A DNA stretch of 64,000 bases from an uncultured Pelagibacteraceae bacterium (GTDB taxonomy: Bacteria; Pseudomonadota; Alphaproteobacteria; Pelagibacterales; Pelagibacteraceae). Where the stretch lies: the NCBI GenBank assembly GCA_902547785.1, contig CACCPC010000003.1:8900-72899 (forward strand), written 5' to 3'. The notes beneath the pieces were generated by a model. That model had not been told where the DNA came from. It did no database searches and worked only from the letters and a program-made list of their open reading frames with translations. The position numbers and the translations under genes are program-made. Below, in pieces: positions 32,384 to 42,997 of the stretch (the stretch's first letter is position 1; the number at the start of each line of letters is the position of its first letter).

Positions 32384-33309
32384 TGAAAATATTGGGTATT
32401 GGAAACGCTATTGTTGATGTGCTCTGTAAAGTATCAGATGAATTTTTAACACAGCATTCATTAACAAAGAGCACCATGAAATTAATCGATGAAGTAAAAT
32501 TTAAAAATTTGCTTACATCACTAAAAATTGAGGAAACCATTTCAGGTGGATCTGTTGCTAATTCAATAGTTGGCTTATCTCAATTAGGAAACCAGGTTGG
32601 ATTTATTGGAAAAATTAGCAACGACGAACTTGGTCAGAAATATGAAGATGGTTTAAAAAAAGAAAGAGTAAAATATTTATATAAAAAAAAAAAAGAGGAA
32701 ATGCCTACTGGATCTTGTTTAATTTTAATAACACCCGACTCTGAAAGAACAATGTGCACATATCTTGGTACCGCTGGAAGAATCAATGATAATGATATTA
32801 AAGAAGAGTATATAAAAAACGCAGAGATAGTTTTTTTAGAGGGTTATTTGTGGGACGAGGGTAATCCAAAAAAGGCTTTTGATAAAGCTATTACCCACTC
32901 AAAAAAAGTTGCAATGTCACTATCAGATCTTTTTTGTGTAGAGAGACATAAGCCACATTTTATGGAATTAGTTAAGAATAAATTAGATATTATTTTTGCA
33001 AATGAACAAGAAATATTATCTTTAATTGGCTCAGAAACATTTGAAGAAGCCATCACATTTTCAAAGGAAATTAAAAAAAACGTGATAATTACTAGGGGAG
33101 AAAATGGTGCAGTTTCAATAAACAAAGACCAAGTTACAGAAATTAATGCCCAATCTAATTTAAAAATAAAAGATTTAACTGGAGCTGGGGATTTATTCGC
33201 TGCAGGATATCTTCATGGTGTTATTAACCAATTAGATTCTAAAGAATGTTTAATTAAAGGTACAGAGTTGTCTTCAAAGATTATTCAAAAAATAGGTGCT
33301 AGAATTTAA
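32383..33309 (+). CDS. PfkB-family carbohydrate/adenosine kinase
   Basis: GNAIVD, SGGSVANS, ERTMCTYLG, ANE.E, DLTGAGDLFAAG. Confidence 0.9.
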   Translation: MKILGIGNAIVDVLCKVSDEFLTQHSLTKSTMKLIDEVKFKNLLTSLKIEETISGGSVANSIVGLSQLGNQVGFIGKISNDELGQKYEDGLKKERVKYLYKKKKEEMPTGSCLILITPDSERTMCTYLGTAGRINDNDIKEEYIKNAEIVFLEGYLWDEGNPKKAFDKAITHSKKVAMSLSDLFCVERHKPHFMELVKNKLDIIFANEQEILSLIGSETFEEAITFSKEIKKNVIITRGENGAVSINKDQVTEINAQSNLKIKDLTGAGDLFAAGYLHGVINQLDSKECLIKGTELSSKIIQKIGARI

Positions 33310-33312
33310 TCA

Positions 33313-33873
33313 CTAGTCTATTGAATAACCTATACTGGTATTTAATATAAAACTTTCATTTCCAAAAGTTTCTTTCATTTTTTTCCTTAATCTATAGATA
33401 TGTGTTTCAACTGTATGTGTGTCTAAATCTGTTGAATAGTCCCAGACCTTTTTTTGCAATTCTTTAATCGTTACATTCTTTTTATCTTTAATAAAAATTA
33501 TTAAATTTGTTTCTCTTTCGGTTAAATCTAAACTTTTATTTCCAAATGAAATTTTTCTTGAATTCAAATCTAAATTATATTCACCTATTTTAATATGTGA
33601 TTGATCTAAAAATTTATTTTTTAAAAAATTAATATTTATAATTTCAATAAGTTTTTCAAATTTGATTGGAAGATTATCCAAAATTAAACTATTCTTTACT
33701 CCTTCAATTTTTTTTTCTGAAATAATCAAATAATTATTTTTATGATCATAATTTAATTCTTTTAAATCCTTCTCATTAGATTGGATAATCTCAAAATTTA
33801 AGCTTTCACTAATTTCATTTAATACTTGGTATAAAATTTGATATTCATATATTATTAATATTCGAGAATTCAT
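33313..33873 (-). CDS. OmpR-family winged-helix regulator, CenR-like, with a degenerate receiver domain
   Basis: LTERE...VW.Y....THTVETHIYRLRKK...GY; the N-terminal ~90 aa lack a recognisable acidic pocket and phospho-Asp; adjacent to ldt/yggS/leuS. Confidence 0.75.
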   Translation of the reverse strand: MNSRILIIYEYQILYQVLNEISESLNFEIIQSNEKDLKELNYDHKNNYLIISEKKIEGVKNSLILDNLPIKFEKLIEIININFLKNKFLDQSHIKIGEYNLDLNSRKISFGNKSLDLTERETNLIIFIKDKKNVTIKELQKKVWDYSTDLDTHTVETHIYRLRKKMKETFGNESFILNTSIGYSID

Positions 33874-33884
33874 TTTTTTAAAAT

Positions 33885-34382
33885 ATGATAATTATTGTCA
33901 AAAATAAAGATACACTTTTGATTGATGATTTTAAATTTAGATGTTCTATTGGAAAAAATGGATTTAGCAAAAAAAAACATGAAGGTGATCTTGCAACACC
34001 AAAAGGCAAATTTAATTTAGGTAATATTTATTATAGAGCAGATAGAATTCAAAAACCTCTTTCAAAACTTAGGTCAATTGCTATAAAAAAAAATATGGGA
34101 TGGTGTGATGATCCTAATAGTAAATTCTACAATAAACAAATAAAAATAAAAAAAAAATTTAAAATAAGATATGAAAAATTGCACCGTAAAGATCATAAAT
34201 ATGATTTTTTAATTTTAATAAAATATAATTATAAAAACCCAATTAAATTTAAGGGAAGTGCTATTTTTTTACATTTAACAAAAAATTATTTACCAACAAA
34301 AGGATGTATTGCATTGAGTGAAAAAGATTTTTTAATTTTAGCTAAACTGATCAATAAAAAAACAAAGATTAAAATTAATTAG
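33885..34382 (+). CDS. L,D-transpeptidase catalytic (YkuD-like) domain protein
   Basis: K.EGD..TP.G, GWCDDP, GSAIFLH.....PTKGCIA. Confidence 0.85.
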   Translation: MIIIVKNKDTLLIDDFKFRCSIGKNGFSKKKHEGDLATPKGKFNLGNIYYRADRIQKPLSKLRSIAIKKNMGWCDDPNSKFYNKQIKIKKKFKIRYEKLHRKDHKYDFLILIKYNYKNPIKFKGSAIFLHLTKNYLPTKGCIALSEKDFLILAKLINKKTKIKIN

Positions 34383-35046
34383 TTCTTTTGCCAAATATAC
34401 CTGTACCAATTCTTAAATATGTTGACCTAAATTCTAAAGCCTCCAAATAATCATTGGTCATACCCATACTAATCTCAGGAAGTTTAATTTTATTATTTAA
34501 ATTTAATAATTCTTTAAAAAAAAACTTTGGATCTTGGTTGTCTGGTGGAATACACATGGTTCCCACAATATCTAATTTTAATGATAAACAGCTTTGGTAA
34601 AACATTTCCAAATTATTGGGTTCTATTCCTGATTTTTGTTTTTCACCACCTAAATTAATTTGAATGAATAACTTTACTTTTCTGTTTTTTTTGTGAATTT
34701 CATTTGCTAATTTATTGGCAAGCTTGAGATTGTCCAAAGAATGTATGTAATCAAATATTTCAACTGCAAACTTTGCTTTGTTTGTTTGCAGCTTTCCTAA
34801 CATGTGCAATTTTACATTTTTATATTTTTCTTTAAGATTTGGCCACTTTAACAAAGCTTCTTGAACTTTATTCTCACCGAAGTCAAGATGACCATAATTT
34901 AATAAGGGCAAAATATCTTGCTCTTTAAAAGTTTTTGATACGGCAATCACTTTTGGATTATATTGATCCAAGGATAATGAGTTAATTTTATTCTTAATTT
35001 TATTGTTTATTTCAATTAAATTAGTTTCAGTATGATGCATATTCAT
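34375..35046 (-). CDS. yggS: PLP homeostasis protein YggS
   Basis: AVSKT, FGENKVQE, H..G.LQTNK, SMGMT.DY, RIGTGIFG. Confidence 0.95.
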   Translation of the reverse strand: MNMHHTETNLIEINNKIKNKINSLSLDQYNPKVIAVSKTFKEQDILPLLNYGHLDFGENKVQEALLKWPNLKEKYKNVKLHMLGKLQTNKAKFAVEIFDYIHSLDNLKLANKLANEIHKKNRKVKLFIQINLGGEKQKSGIEPNNLEMFYQSCLSLKLDIVGTMCIPPDNQDPKFFFKELLNLNNKIKLPEISMGMTNDYLEALEFRSTYLRIGTGIFGKRTN

Positions 35047-35595
35047 AAATTAAAAAAATACTATTTTATAAATGAGTTAAATCAAAATCACTTAATTAGT
35101 TTAAACAAAAATATATCTTTTATATGGAGAAATAAAGATAAAGAAACTCCAATAAATACTCTAATAAAATTACGTGATTTCTGTAAAAAAAATCAGAGAA
35201 GTTTTTATATAAGTAATAACATCAAGTTAGCTAAGAGGATAAACGCTGATGGAGTTTACATTTCATCTACAAATAGAAATTTAAACTTAAGAACTAATAA
35301 ATTTAAAGAAAAATTTAAAATTTTAGGATCTGCACATAATCTTAACGAAATTAAAATAAAAGAACTTCAAAACATTGATGAGATTTTTTTATCTCCTTTA
35401 TTTAAAGAAAAGACAAATAAACAGTTGAATATCTATAAATACTTAAGATTAAGAGGAATAACAAAAATGAGAGATATTTCTTTGGGTGGTATTAATAATA
35501 AAAATATAAAAAAACTTAATATGATTAAACCATTTGGTTTTGCAGGGATTTCTTATTTTGAAGAAAAAAAAGGCCCCTATTACAAGGGGCCTTAA
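35032..35595 (+). CDS. Thiamine phosphate synthase-like (ThiE/TenI) TIM barrel, degenerate
   Basis: ADGVYI, GSAH, FLSPLF, LGGIN, GFAGIS; canonical QxRxK and ND motifs altered. Confidence 0.7.
   Translation: MMHIHKLKKYYFINELNQNHLISLNKNISFIWRNKDKETPINTLIKLRDFCKKNQRSFYISNNIKLAKRINADGVYISSTNRNLNLRTNKFKEKFKILGSAHNLNEIKIKELQNIDEIFLSPLFKEKTNKQLNIYKYLRLRGITKMRDISLGGINNKNIKKLNMIKPFGFAGISYFEEKKGPYYKGP
35564..35593 (-). terminator. Intrinsic terminator of the porin gene, overlapping the 3' end of the thiE-like CDS
   Basis: Minus strand AAGGCCCCT-TGTAAT-AGGGGCC followed by a T8 run. Confidence 0.85.
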
Positions 35596-35617
35596 TATAA
35601 ATTAACTAATCAGATGA

Positions 35618-36544
35618 TTAGAATGCAAAAGAGATATTAAAGATAGAAGCTTCAACATCAGCTGCTGAAGTTGATCCACCTTTGTTCTCAAGTTTGTTGA
35701 AACCACCACCCATTGAGATTGATCCCATTGTGTATGATGCCATAATACCTGAGTTTTTCTCATCTTCTGCAGTACCATCAAACTCTATACTTTGTTGACC
35801 TGCTGATACAGACAACTGATCATTGATTGCTACAGATACACCAATATGTGTTGCATCTTGGTCTGTGCTTCCAGTAGCTGCATAGTCTACTTTTGTCATT
35901 TGGTATGCTGCAGTCATCGCACCCATAGTGTATTTAACACCTAAAGTATCGTTTTCTGCTTCATCACCATCATCAAAGTAACCAGCGCTTAATTCTAAAC
36001 CATCCATTAAACCACTGTAAACAAGTGCAAAACCAGTTTCTGCAGTTTTATTTTCTGCAGGCTCTGGGTTGTAAGATGCTGATATTGCTAAGTCACCTAC
36101 AGACATATCATAGCCCCATTGACCAGCTTGATTGTTTCCTGAAGCATCAATTAAACCACTATCAGTAGCATCTGTTGCTTCATAAACTGGAGTGTAAGCA
36201 TTTGGAACGATGTCTTTTAATTTGTCAACACCACTTCCAGAACTTGAGTTACCTGAGAATGATAAAGTACCCATATCACCCATACCTAGTTTTAGATTGT
36301 AGTCATCGTAAGTACCACCATCTAACTCATAGTAAACTGATACAGTCATACCATTGTCTAAGTCTCCACCACCATTAAACTTTACGCTGTCACCCATTGC
36401 CCATGGATTAACACTAGAGTTGGTGTTAAGACCTGTGTAAGATAGAGCTGCTCCACCAGAAACACTTAATTCACCAGCAACTGAAGCTGTTGAAACAAGA
36501 GTAGTAGCTAAAGCAGTCAATCCTACTTTTTTTAAGTTGTTCAT
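35618..36544 (-). CDS. Outer-membrane porin
   Basis: Signal peptide (ASVA/GE), alternating beta strands, C-terminal ...FAF; strong AAGGAG RBS and own terminator; porin-DUF3576-leuS synteny. Confidence 0.88.
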   Translation of the reverse strand: MNNLKKVGLTALATTLVSTASVAGELSVSGGAALSYTGLNTNSSVNPWAMGDSVKFNGGGDLDNGMTVSVYYELDGGTYDDYNLKLGMGDMGTLSFSGNSSSGSGVDKLKDIVPNAYTPVYEATDATDSGLIDASGNNQAGQWGYDMSVGDLAISASYNPEPAENKTAETGFALVYSGLMDGLELSAGYFDDGDEAENDTLGVKYTMGAMTAAYQMTKVDYAATGSTDQDATHIGVSVAINDQLSVSAGQQSIEFDGTAEDEKNSGIMASYTMGSISMGGGFNKLENKGGSTSAADVEASIFNISFAF

Positions 36545-36645
36545 AAATATACTCCTTTTTTATAATTAATTATAAACAGGATACTTTTAGCAAAAAATGC
36601 CCATTTCATTATAAAATTTTACAGTTTCGACTAAAAATTTCTGTT

Positions 36646-36667
36646 AGTGTTGTATTTTTACATCACT
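36646..36667. promoter_or_regulatory. Imperfect palindrome, candidate operator in the porin/DUF3576 divergent promoter region
   Basis: AGTGTTGTA-TTTT-TACATCACT (8 of 9 arm positions symmetric). Confidence 0.45.
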
Positions 36668-36733
36668 TTAAGCATGTATTTTTGGGGCTTTTAGAGTGAT
36701 ATAAGCATAATCTAATTTTAAACATCAAATTTT

Positions 36734-37351
36734 ATGTTAATAAGGTTCAAACTCACAATGATTACTTTACAAAAAAATACCCTAATTTTATTTTCAATAT
36801 TAATCCTTCTAACACAAAGTGGTTGCGAGGCTCTAAAGCCGAAAAAAGTAAGTGCTAAAGATTTTCCTCCAGATCCAAGAAAAAGAGTAGAAAAAAATAT
36901 TAATGAGGGACGTGGTTTTAGGGTAATGGGTGGTTCTCAAAAAGGAACGACTTATGAGTTTGCGAGCGCAAATCCCTTATGGCGCGCTACACTTGATACC
37001 TTGGACTTCATGCCATTAGCTTCTGCTAACTATAGCGGTGGTATTGTGATTACTGATTGGTATAGTGAAAATAATTCTCCTAATGAATCTGTTAAAATTT
37101 CTGTAAGATTTTTAACAAATGAAATAAGGTCAGATGCTTTAGATATAAATGTTTACTTAAAAAAATGTTCTGACAGTTTAACTAATTGTTCAATAAGTAA
37201 AAATAACAATGATTTGGTTGCAGATCTGAACTTGAGCATACTTAAAAAAGCTACAAAATATCAAAAAGAAATAATTGATAAGAATATTAAAGAAAACCCC
37301 TATATAATTGGAGATCCTAAACAAGGTGACAGCAGGAAAAAAAAGAAATAA
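36734..37351 (+). CDS. DUF3576-family lipoprotein
   Basis: Lipobox-like QSGC; NPLWRATLDTLDFMPL.SA...GG.VITDWY; upstream of leuS. The start may be the later ATG (MITLQK). Confidence 0.82.
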   Translation: MLIRFKLTMITLQKNTLILFSILILLTQSGCEALKPKKVSAKDFPPDPRKRVEKNINEGRGFRVMGGSQKGTTYEFASANPLWRATLDTLDFMPLASANYSGGIVITDWYSENNSPNESVKISVRFLTNEIRSDALDINVYLKKCSDSLTNCSISKNNNDLVADLNLSILKKATKYQKEIIDKNIKENPYIIGDPKQGDSRKKKK

Positions 37352-37378
37352 AAAATAAACTTTAATGATTCAATTATT

Positions 37379-39919
37379 GTGGAACGGTATAATTTCAAGC
37401 TAGTCGAAGATAAATGGCAAAGATTTTGGGATAAAAATAAATCTTTCAAATCTGAAATAGATACAAATAAAAAAAAATTTTATTGTTTAGAGATGTTTCC
37501 TTATCCATCTGGAAAAATTCACATGGGTCATGTCAGAAATTATACTATAGGGGATGTACTCTCTAGATACAAAACTTTAAAAGGTTTCAATGTTCTACAC
37601 CCAATGGGATGGGATTCATTTGGAATGCCGGCTGAAAACGCAGCAAAACAAAATAATTTAAACCCTAAAACATGGACAGAAACAAACATAAAAGTGATGA
37701 AATCCCAACTAAAAATGTTGGGTTTGTCTATTGATTGGGATAGAGAAATTTCGACATGTTCACCAGATTATTTTAAACATCAACAAAAAATATTTTTAGA
37801 TTTTTATGACAAAGGTTTAGTTTATAGAAAAGAAAGTTATGTCAACTGGGATCCTGTGGATAAAACTGTGCTAGCTAATGAACAAGTTATAGATGGAAAA
37901 GGTTGGAGATCAGGAGCAACGGTTGAAAGAAAAAAGCTAAATCAATGGTTTTTTAAAATTTCTCATTTTTCTGAAGAATTATTGAATAGTTTAGAAACTC
38001 TTAGTAATTGGCCAGATAAAGTTAAAACAATGCAAAAAAATTGGATTGGTAAATCATATGGGTGTGAAATTGATTTTAAAGTAGAAGGTTCAGAAAACAT
38101 AAAATCAATCAAGTGTTATACAACTAGACCAGACACTTTATTTGGATTTTCTTTTTTAGCATTATCAGTGGACCATCCTCTTTCTAAATATTACGAGAAA
38201 AATGAAGATTTTCAAAAGTTTAAAAAAGAATGTTCAAAAACAGGAACTACTGAAGAGTCTATTGCTCAAGCAACAAAAATAGGATTTAAAACTGAGCTAA
38301 CTGCAATCAATCCATTTGAAAATGGATCAAAGGTCCCTGTTTTTTTTGCAAACTTTGTTTTAATGGATTATGGATTTGGTGCAGTATTTGGATGTCCAGC
38401 TCACGACCAAAGAGATTTTGATTTTGCAAAAAAATATAAGCTTGAAATTAAGACCGTTGTAAGGCCAACTGATAAAGATGACACCTATAAAGTAGAGGAT
38501 GAGGCTTATGCTGGTCCCGGCGTAATCATAAACTCCAAATTTTTAAATAGTTTAAAAGTCCCAGATGAATCTATAAATGAGGCAATAAAAATTCTTGAAG
38601 ATAAAAAATTGGGTAAAAGAAAAACTAATTTTAGATTAAAAGATTGGGGAATATCTAGGCAAAGATATTGGGGATGTCCTATCCCAATAGCCTATGATGA
38701 AGATAATAATGTAGTAAAAGTTCCAGAGAGAGAATTGCCAGTTGAACTTCCAGAAGATATAGATCTTAATACTAATGGCAATCCCCTTGATAACCAAGAA
38801 AGATGGAAAGAGATTGAGATAAATGGGAAAAAATGTAAGCGTGAAACAGATACTTTAGATACTTTTGTAGATTCCTCTTGGTATTTTTTAAGATTTTGTT
38901 CAGCGCAAAATTTCAAAGAACCATTTAATAAAAACGAATTAGATTACTGGATGCCTGTCGATCAATATATTGGAGGCGTTGAACACGCAATATTGCATCT
39001 TCTTTATTCTCGTTTTTTTATGAGAGCTATAAGTTTAAATAACAAGGACACAGATTTAAAAGAGCCTTTTGAAGGTTTATTTACCCAAGGTATGGTTTGT
39101 CATGAAACTTATAAAGATAAAAATAATAATTGGATTTATCCGGATGATGTTTTCAGTAAAGATGGCAAAAACTATTTCCTAAATAACAACCCAACTGAAA
39201 AAGTTATAGTTGGTCCATCAGAATCGATGTCAAAATCTAAAAAAAATACTATTGATCCAGAAAAAATTATTAAGATGTATGGAGCAGATGCTGTAAGATT
39301 ATTCATTTTATCTGACAGTCCACCAGAAAAAGACATACAATGGTCTGATACAGGTATAAGTGCATCTTACAAATTTCTTCAAAAATTATGGTCGTTGAAC
39401 GAAAAAATTATTAATAACACAAAAAAATTCTCAAAATTTGATAATGAATTGGAAAAATTTACAAACCAAATTATTAAAAAACTAGGCGATGACTTAGATA
39501 GATTTGGTTTTAATGTAACCATTGCATCAGTTCATAAAATTCACTCATTTTTTAATCAACACACAAATAAAGAGGATTGGGGAAGCAATTTTCATAAAAA
39601 TTATATAAATATCTTAAAAGCGATTAACCCAATAGTTCCACATTTTTCAAATGAGTGTCTTGAGAAACTAAATATGTCAACAAAAGACATGCGATGGCCA
39701 ACTATTGATAAAAAATATCTTGAACAGGAAATATTTAATATAGTAACTCAAATTAATGGAAAAAAAAGAAAGGTTTTCTCAATCAGTAAATCAATTGATA
39801 AAAAAACACTAATTGAAAATATAAAAAAAGATGAACAAATTAAGAAATACCTTGATAATAAAGAAATTATAAAAACAATATATATAGAAAAAAAATTAAT
39901 AAATTTTATTATCAATTAG
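37379..39919 (+). CDS. leuS: Leucine--tRNA ligase
   Basis: MFPYPSG..HMGH, SRQRYWG, GGVEHA..HLLY, MSKSKKN; GTG start. Confidence 0.99.
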   Translation: MERYNFKLVEDKWQRFWDKNKSFKSEIDTNKKKFYCLEMFPYPSGKIHMGHVRNYTIGDVLSRYKTLKGFNVLHPMGWDSFGMPAENAAKQNNLNPKTWTETNIKVMKSQLKMLGLSIDWDREISTCSPDYFKHQQKIFLDFYDKGLVYRKESYVNWDPVDKTVLANEQVIDGKGWRSGATVERKKLNQWFFKISHFSEELLNSLETLSNWPDKVKTMQKNWIGKSYGCEIDFKVEGSENIKSIKCYTTRPDTLFGFSFLALSVDHPLSKYYEKNEDFQKFKKECSKTGTTEESIAQATKIGFKTELTAINPFENGSKVPVFFANFVLMDYGFGAVFGCPAHDQRDFDFAKKYKLEIKTVVRPTDKDDTYKVEDEAYAGPGVIINSKFLNSLKVPDESINEAIKILEDKKLGKRKTNFRLKDWGISRQRYWGCPIPIAYDEDNNVVKVPERELPVELPEDIDLNTNGNPLDNQERWKEIEINGKKCKRETDTLDTFVDSSWYFLRFCSAQNFKEPFNKNELDYWMPVDQYIGGVEHAILHLLYSRFFMRAISLNNKDTDLKEPFEGLFTQGMVCHETYKDKNNNWIYPDDVFSKDGKNYFLNNNPTEKVIVGPSESMSKSKKNTIDPEKIIKMYGADAVRLFILSDSPPEKDIQWSDTGISASYKFLQKLWSLNEKIINNTKKFSKFDNELEKFTNQIIKKLGDDLDRFGFNVTIASVHKIHSFFNQHTNKEDWGSNFHKNYINILKAINPIVPHFSNECLEKLNMSTKDMRWPTIDKKYLEQEIFNIVTQINGKKRKVFSISKSIDKKTLIENIKKDEQIKKYLDNKEIIKTIYIEKKLINFIIN

Positions 39920-39921
39920 AC

Positions 39922-40389
39922 ATGAAAAATTTGAAATATATTTTTATCTTTGTGTTTCTTTTAAGTTGTGGTTACACACCAATCTATCAAACAGATAAAA
40001 AATTAAATATCAAACTCGAAACCATAAATTCCTCAGGAGATAAGGGTATCAACAGAGAAATAGTTAAAAATTTGGAAAAACATAATGATAATGACACTAA
40101 TAATGTCTTTGACTTATTCATAAATTCAAACAAAAAAGAGGACGTTGTTACAAAAGATAAAAAAGGTAATGCTACTAGTTATAAATTAACTTTAGAAATT
40201 AATATAAATTTAAGTAACATTTCTAATAATAAAAACTTCACAAAAAAATTCATCAAAGACATGTCTTTTAATTCTAAAAATAACAAGTTTGAACTCGATC
40301 AATATAGATCAAATCTTGAGAAAAATATGATTTCTCAAATTCTGCAAGATATTAATATATATTTAAGAAATTTAGAAAATGATCTCTAA
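39922..40389 (+). CDS. lptE: LPS assembly lipoprotein LptE-like
   Basis: Lipobox LLSCGY.P.Y; leuS-lptE-holA synteny. Confidence 0.7.
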   Translation: MKNLKYIFIFVFLLSCGYTPIYQTDKKLNIKLETINSSGDKGINREIVKNLEKHNDNDTNNVFDLFINSNKKEDVVTKDKKGNATSYKLTLEININLSNISNNKNFTKKFIKDMSFNSKNNKFELDQYRSNLEKNMISQILQDINIYLRNLENDL

Positions 40390-41377
40390 ATATTATGAAA
40401 TAGAAAAGTTTAAGAATAAAACTAATTATTTTTTATTTTATGGTGAGAATGAGGGTCAAAAACAGGATGTTATTCGGGCTAATTTTGCTCAATTTACAAA
40501 GGAGAACATCTACAAATATACTGAAAAAGATATAATTGAAAATAAACAATTATTTTTAGAAAATATTTATTCTAAGTCCTTTTTTGAAAATGAGAAATTA
40601 ATTTTAATATCTGATGTCTCTGACAAAATATTAAATTTAATAAAAGAAATAATTGAATCAAATATAAATGATGTTGTTATAATTTTGATCGCAAAAAGAT
40701 TGGATAAGAAATCAAAACTTAGGAATTACTTTGAAAAAGAAAAGATTATACTAATTGTTCCTTTTTACGAAGATACTCCTCAAAGTCTTTTATCTATCGC
40801 AAAGAAAATTTTGTTTGAAAATAAGATTAATTTATCTTCTGAAAACATAAATTTAATTATTGAAAGGTCACAAGGAGATAGAATTAATCTTAAAAATGAA
40901 TTACAAAAAATTATAAACCTAAGTCAAAACAGTAAAAAATTAAAATTAGATGATATTTTAAAATTAACAAATCTAAGTGAAAATTATAGCGCTGGAGAGT
41001 TGGTAGATAATTGTCTGAACAAAAATAAAAAAAGAACTCTCAATATTCTTAATGAAAATATCCCATCTAGTGAGGATAATATTTTAATTTTAAGAATTTT
41101 TTTAAACAAGTTAAAAAGACTTAGAAAGTTGAGATTAAATTTGAGAGAAAATAATGATATTGATCAAGTAATTAACTCATTTAAACCTCCAATTTTCTGG
41201 AAAGATAAAAATGTAATCAAGCAACAAATTAAAATATGGGAATTGAATGATATTGAAAATTTTATTGTAGATCTAAACAATACTGAGAGTTTAATAAAAA
41301 AAAATCCTCAGATTTCTAATCAAATCATAAACAATATGATTTTAGATAAAGTTGTAAGTACTAATATCCAGATTTAA
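40379..41377 (+). CDS. holA: DNA polymerase III delta subunit
   Basis: LFYGENEG, S.FF...LI, L.K.SKLR..FE, GDR..L.NEL.K, PPIFWK; synteny. Confidence 0.9.
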   Translation: MISKYYEIEKFKNKTNYFLFYGENEGQKQDVIRANFAQFTKENIYKYTEKDIIENKQLFLENIYSKSFFENEKLILISDVSDKILNLIKEIIESNINDVVIILIAKRLDKKSKLRNYFEKEKIILIVPFYEDTPQSLLSIAKKILFENKINLSSENINLIIERSQGDRINLKNELQKIINLSQNSKKLKLDDILKLTNLSENYSAGELVDNCLNKNKKRTLNILNENIPSSEDNILILRIFLNKLKRLRKLRLNLRENNDIDQVINSFKPPIFWKDKNVIKQQIKIWELNDIENFIVDLNNTESLIKKNPQISNQIINNMILDKVVSTNIQI

Positions 41378-42203
41378 TTATATCAATTATCTTGTTTAAT
41401 TGATCAAGTTCTTTGTAATAAAATGATATTGTACCTTTATTATTTTTATTATTTTTAATAGAAACACTAAGCCCAATTTTTTCAGATATAGAGTTTTCTA
41501 AATCTCGGATATTTGAATCCACTTTGCTAGAGGTATTTCTTTTAGTTTTTCTAAATATTTTGACTAAATTTTCTGCCTGTCTAACAGATAATTTTTTTTC
41601 AATAAATTTATTTGCGAGAAACGTAGCATTATCTAGCCCTACTAATATCTTTGCATGACCAGCTGTGATTTTTTTTTGTTCAACAAAATCAAGAACTTCT
41701 TTGGGTAAATTAAGTAATCTTAATGAGTTAGAGATATAGCTTCTGCTCTTACCTATAAATTTTGATACTTTATCCTGATCATATGCAAATTCATCTATCA
41801 ATCTTTTATAACCTTGTGCTTCTTCTAAAGGATTTAGATCATGTCGTTGAACATTTTCAACAATCGCAAATTCTAAAGATTTGAGATCATCAGCATCTGT
41901 TACAACTACTGGAATATCATGTAGTCCAGCCTTCTGAGCTGCCAACCACCTTCTTTCTCCAGCTATAATTTCGTATTTAGAGTTATCCATATTAGATTTT
42001 CTAACTATAATTGGCTGAATAACACCCCGTTCTTTTATTGAATTAACCAAATCATTTAAATTGTCCTCATCAAAATTTTTTCTTGGTTGATATTTATTTG
42101 GGACTATGTCGGTTAAACTTAAATTATTTGTTTTATTCTCAACCTTAGTTTCACCGATTAAGGAAGATAATCCTCTACCCAACCCTTTTTTGATTTTGTT
42201 CAT
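41361..42203 (-). CDS. parB: Chromosome partitioning protein ParB
   Basis: GLGRGLSSL, QPRKNF, IAGERRW.A, ENVQR.DLNP.EEA, HTH. Confidence 0.98.
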   Translation of the reverse strand: MNKIKKGLGRGLSSLIGETKVENKTNNLSLTDIVPNKYQPRKNFDEDNLNDLVNSIKERGVIQPIIVRKSNMDNSKYEIIAGERRWLAAQKAGLHDIPVVVTDADDLKSLEFAIVENVQRHDLNPLEEAQGYKRLIDEFAYDQDKVSKFIGKSRSYISNSLRLLNLPKEVLDFVEQKKITAGHAKILVGLDNATFLANKFIEKKLSVRQAENLVKIFRKTKRNTSSKVDSNIRDLENSISEKIGLSVSIKNNKNNKGTISFYYKELDQLNKIIDIIKSGY

Positions 42204-42997
42204 TACGCCGCACTCCCAACTTTATTTTCTTGTGCCATGAACTCATCTGTAAAACTATAATATGACTTACTTCCAGGACAATTCTTGTCATAAATCAATA
42301 CTGGAATACCATGAGATGGCGCTTCTGATAATCTCACATTTCGAGGTATCACCGTTTGGTAAACTTTATCTTTGAAATAATCTCTCGCTTCTTGTTCAAC
42401 CTGTGATGAAAGTTTATTTCTTCGATCATACATAGTTAAAAGTATGCCTTGAATCTCCAATTCAGGATTCAAGTTAGTTTTAATTCTCTCAATAGTCTTC
42501 ATAAGCTGTGTAAGTCCTTCTAAAGCAAAAAATTCTGTTTGTAATGGCACAAGCAGTGAGTTGGATGATACCAAAGCCATTACTGTTAGAAGACTCAAAG
42601 AAGGAGGGCAATCTATAAGAATATAATCATATAATCCTCTTGAATCGTTTAAATACGCGGTTAATTTAGTCTTAAGTATAAAGGCTCTATCACTATCACC
42701 GGCAGTCTCAACCTCTAATCCTGACAGATCTACATTGGATGATATTAAATCAAGATTTTGAAAGTCTGTTTTTTTAATTACGTTTGAAATCGACATTGTG
42801 CCATTTAGAATCCCATAAATTGTCTGATTAGATTCAGAGGTGTTGGACAATCCTAATCCTGTGGTAGCATTTCCTTGAGGGTCTAGATCGATTACTAAAA
42901 TTTTTTTATCAAGTTGAGATAACGCTGATGCTAAATTAATAACAGTAGTTGTTTTTCCAACTCCACCCTTTTGATTTATAATTGAAATTATTTTCAT
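42203..42997 (-). CDS. parA: Chromosome partitioning ATPase ParA/Soj
   Basis: NQKGGVGKTTT, DLDPQGN, DCPPSL, PRNVRLSEAPSHG. Confidence 0.98.
   Translation of the reverse strand: MKIISIINQKGGVGKTTTVINLASALSQLDKKILVIDLDPQGNATTGLGLSNTSESNQTIYGILNGTMSISNVIKKTDFQNLDLISSNVDLSGLEVETAGDSDRAFILKTKLTAYLNDSRGLYDYILIDCPPSLSLLTVMALVSSNSLLVPLQTEFFALEGLTQLMKTIERIKTNLNPELEIQGILLTMYDRRNKLSSQVEQEARDYFKDKVYQTVIPRNVRLSEAPSHGIPVLIYDKNCPGSKSYYSFTDEFMAQENKVGSAA

Noticed and set aside
32683-32694. Long poly-A run (and other homopolymers) as phase-variation sites
   Set aside because: Encodes poly-Lys in an intact frame; such runs are expected in this AT-rich genome.
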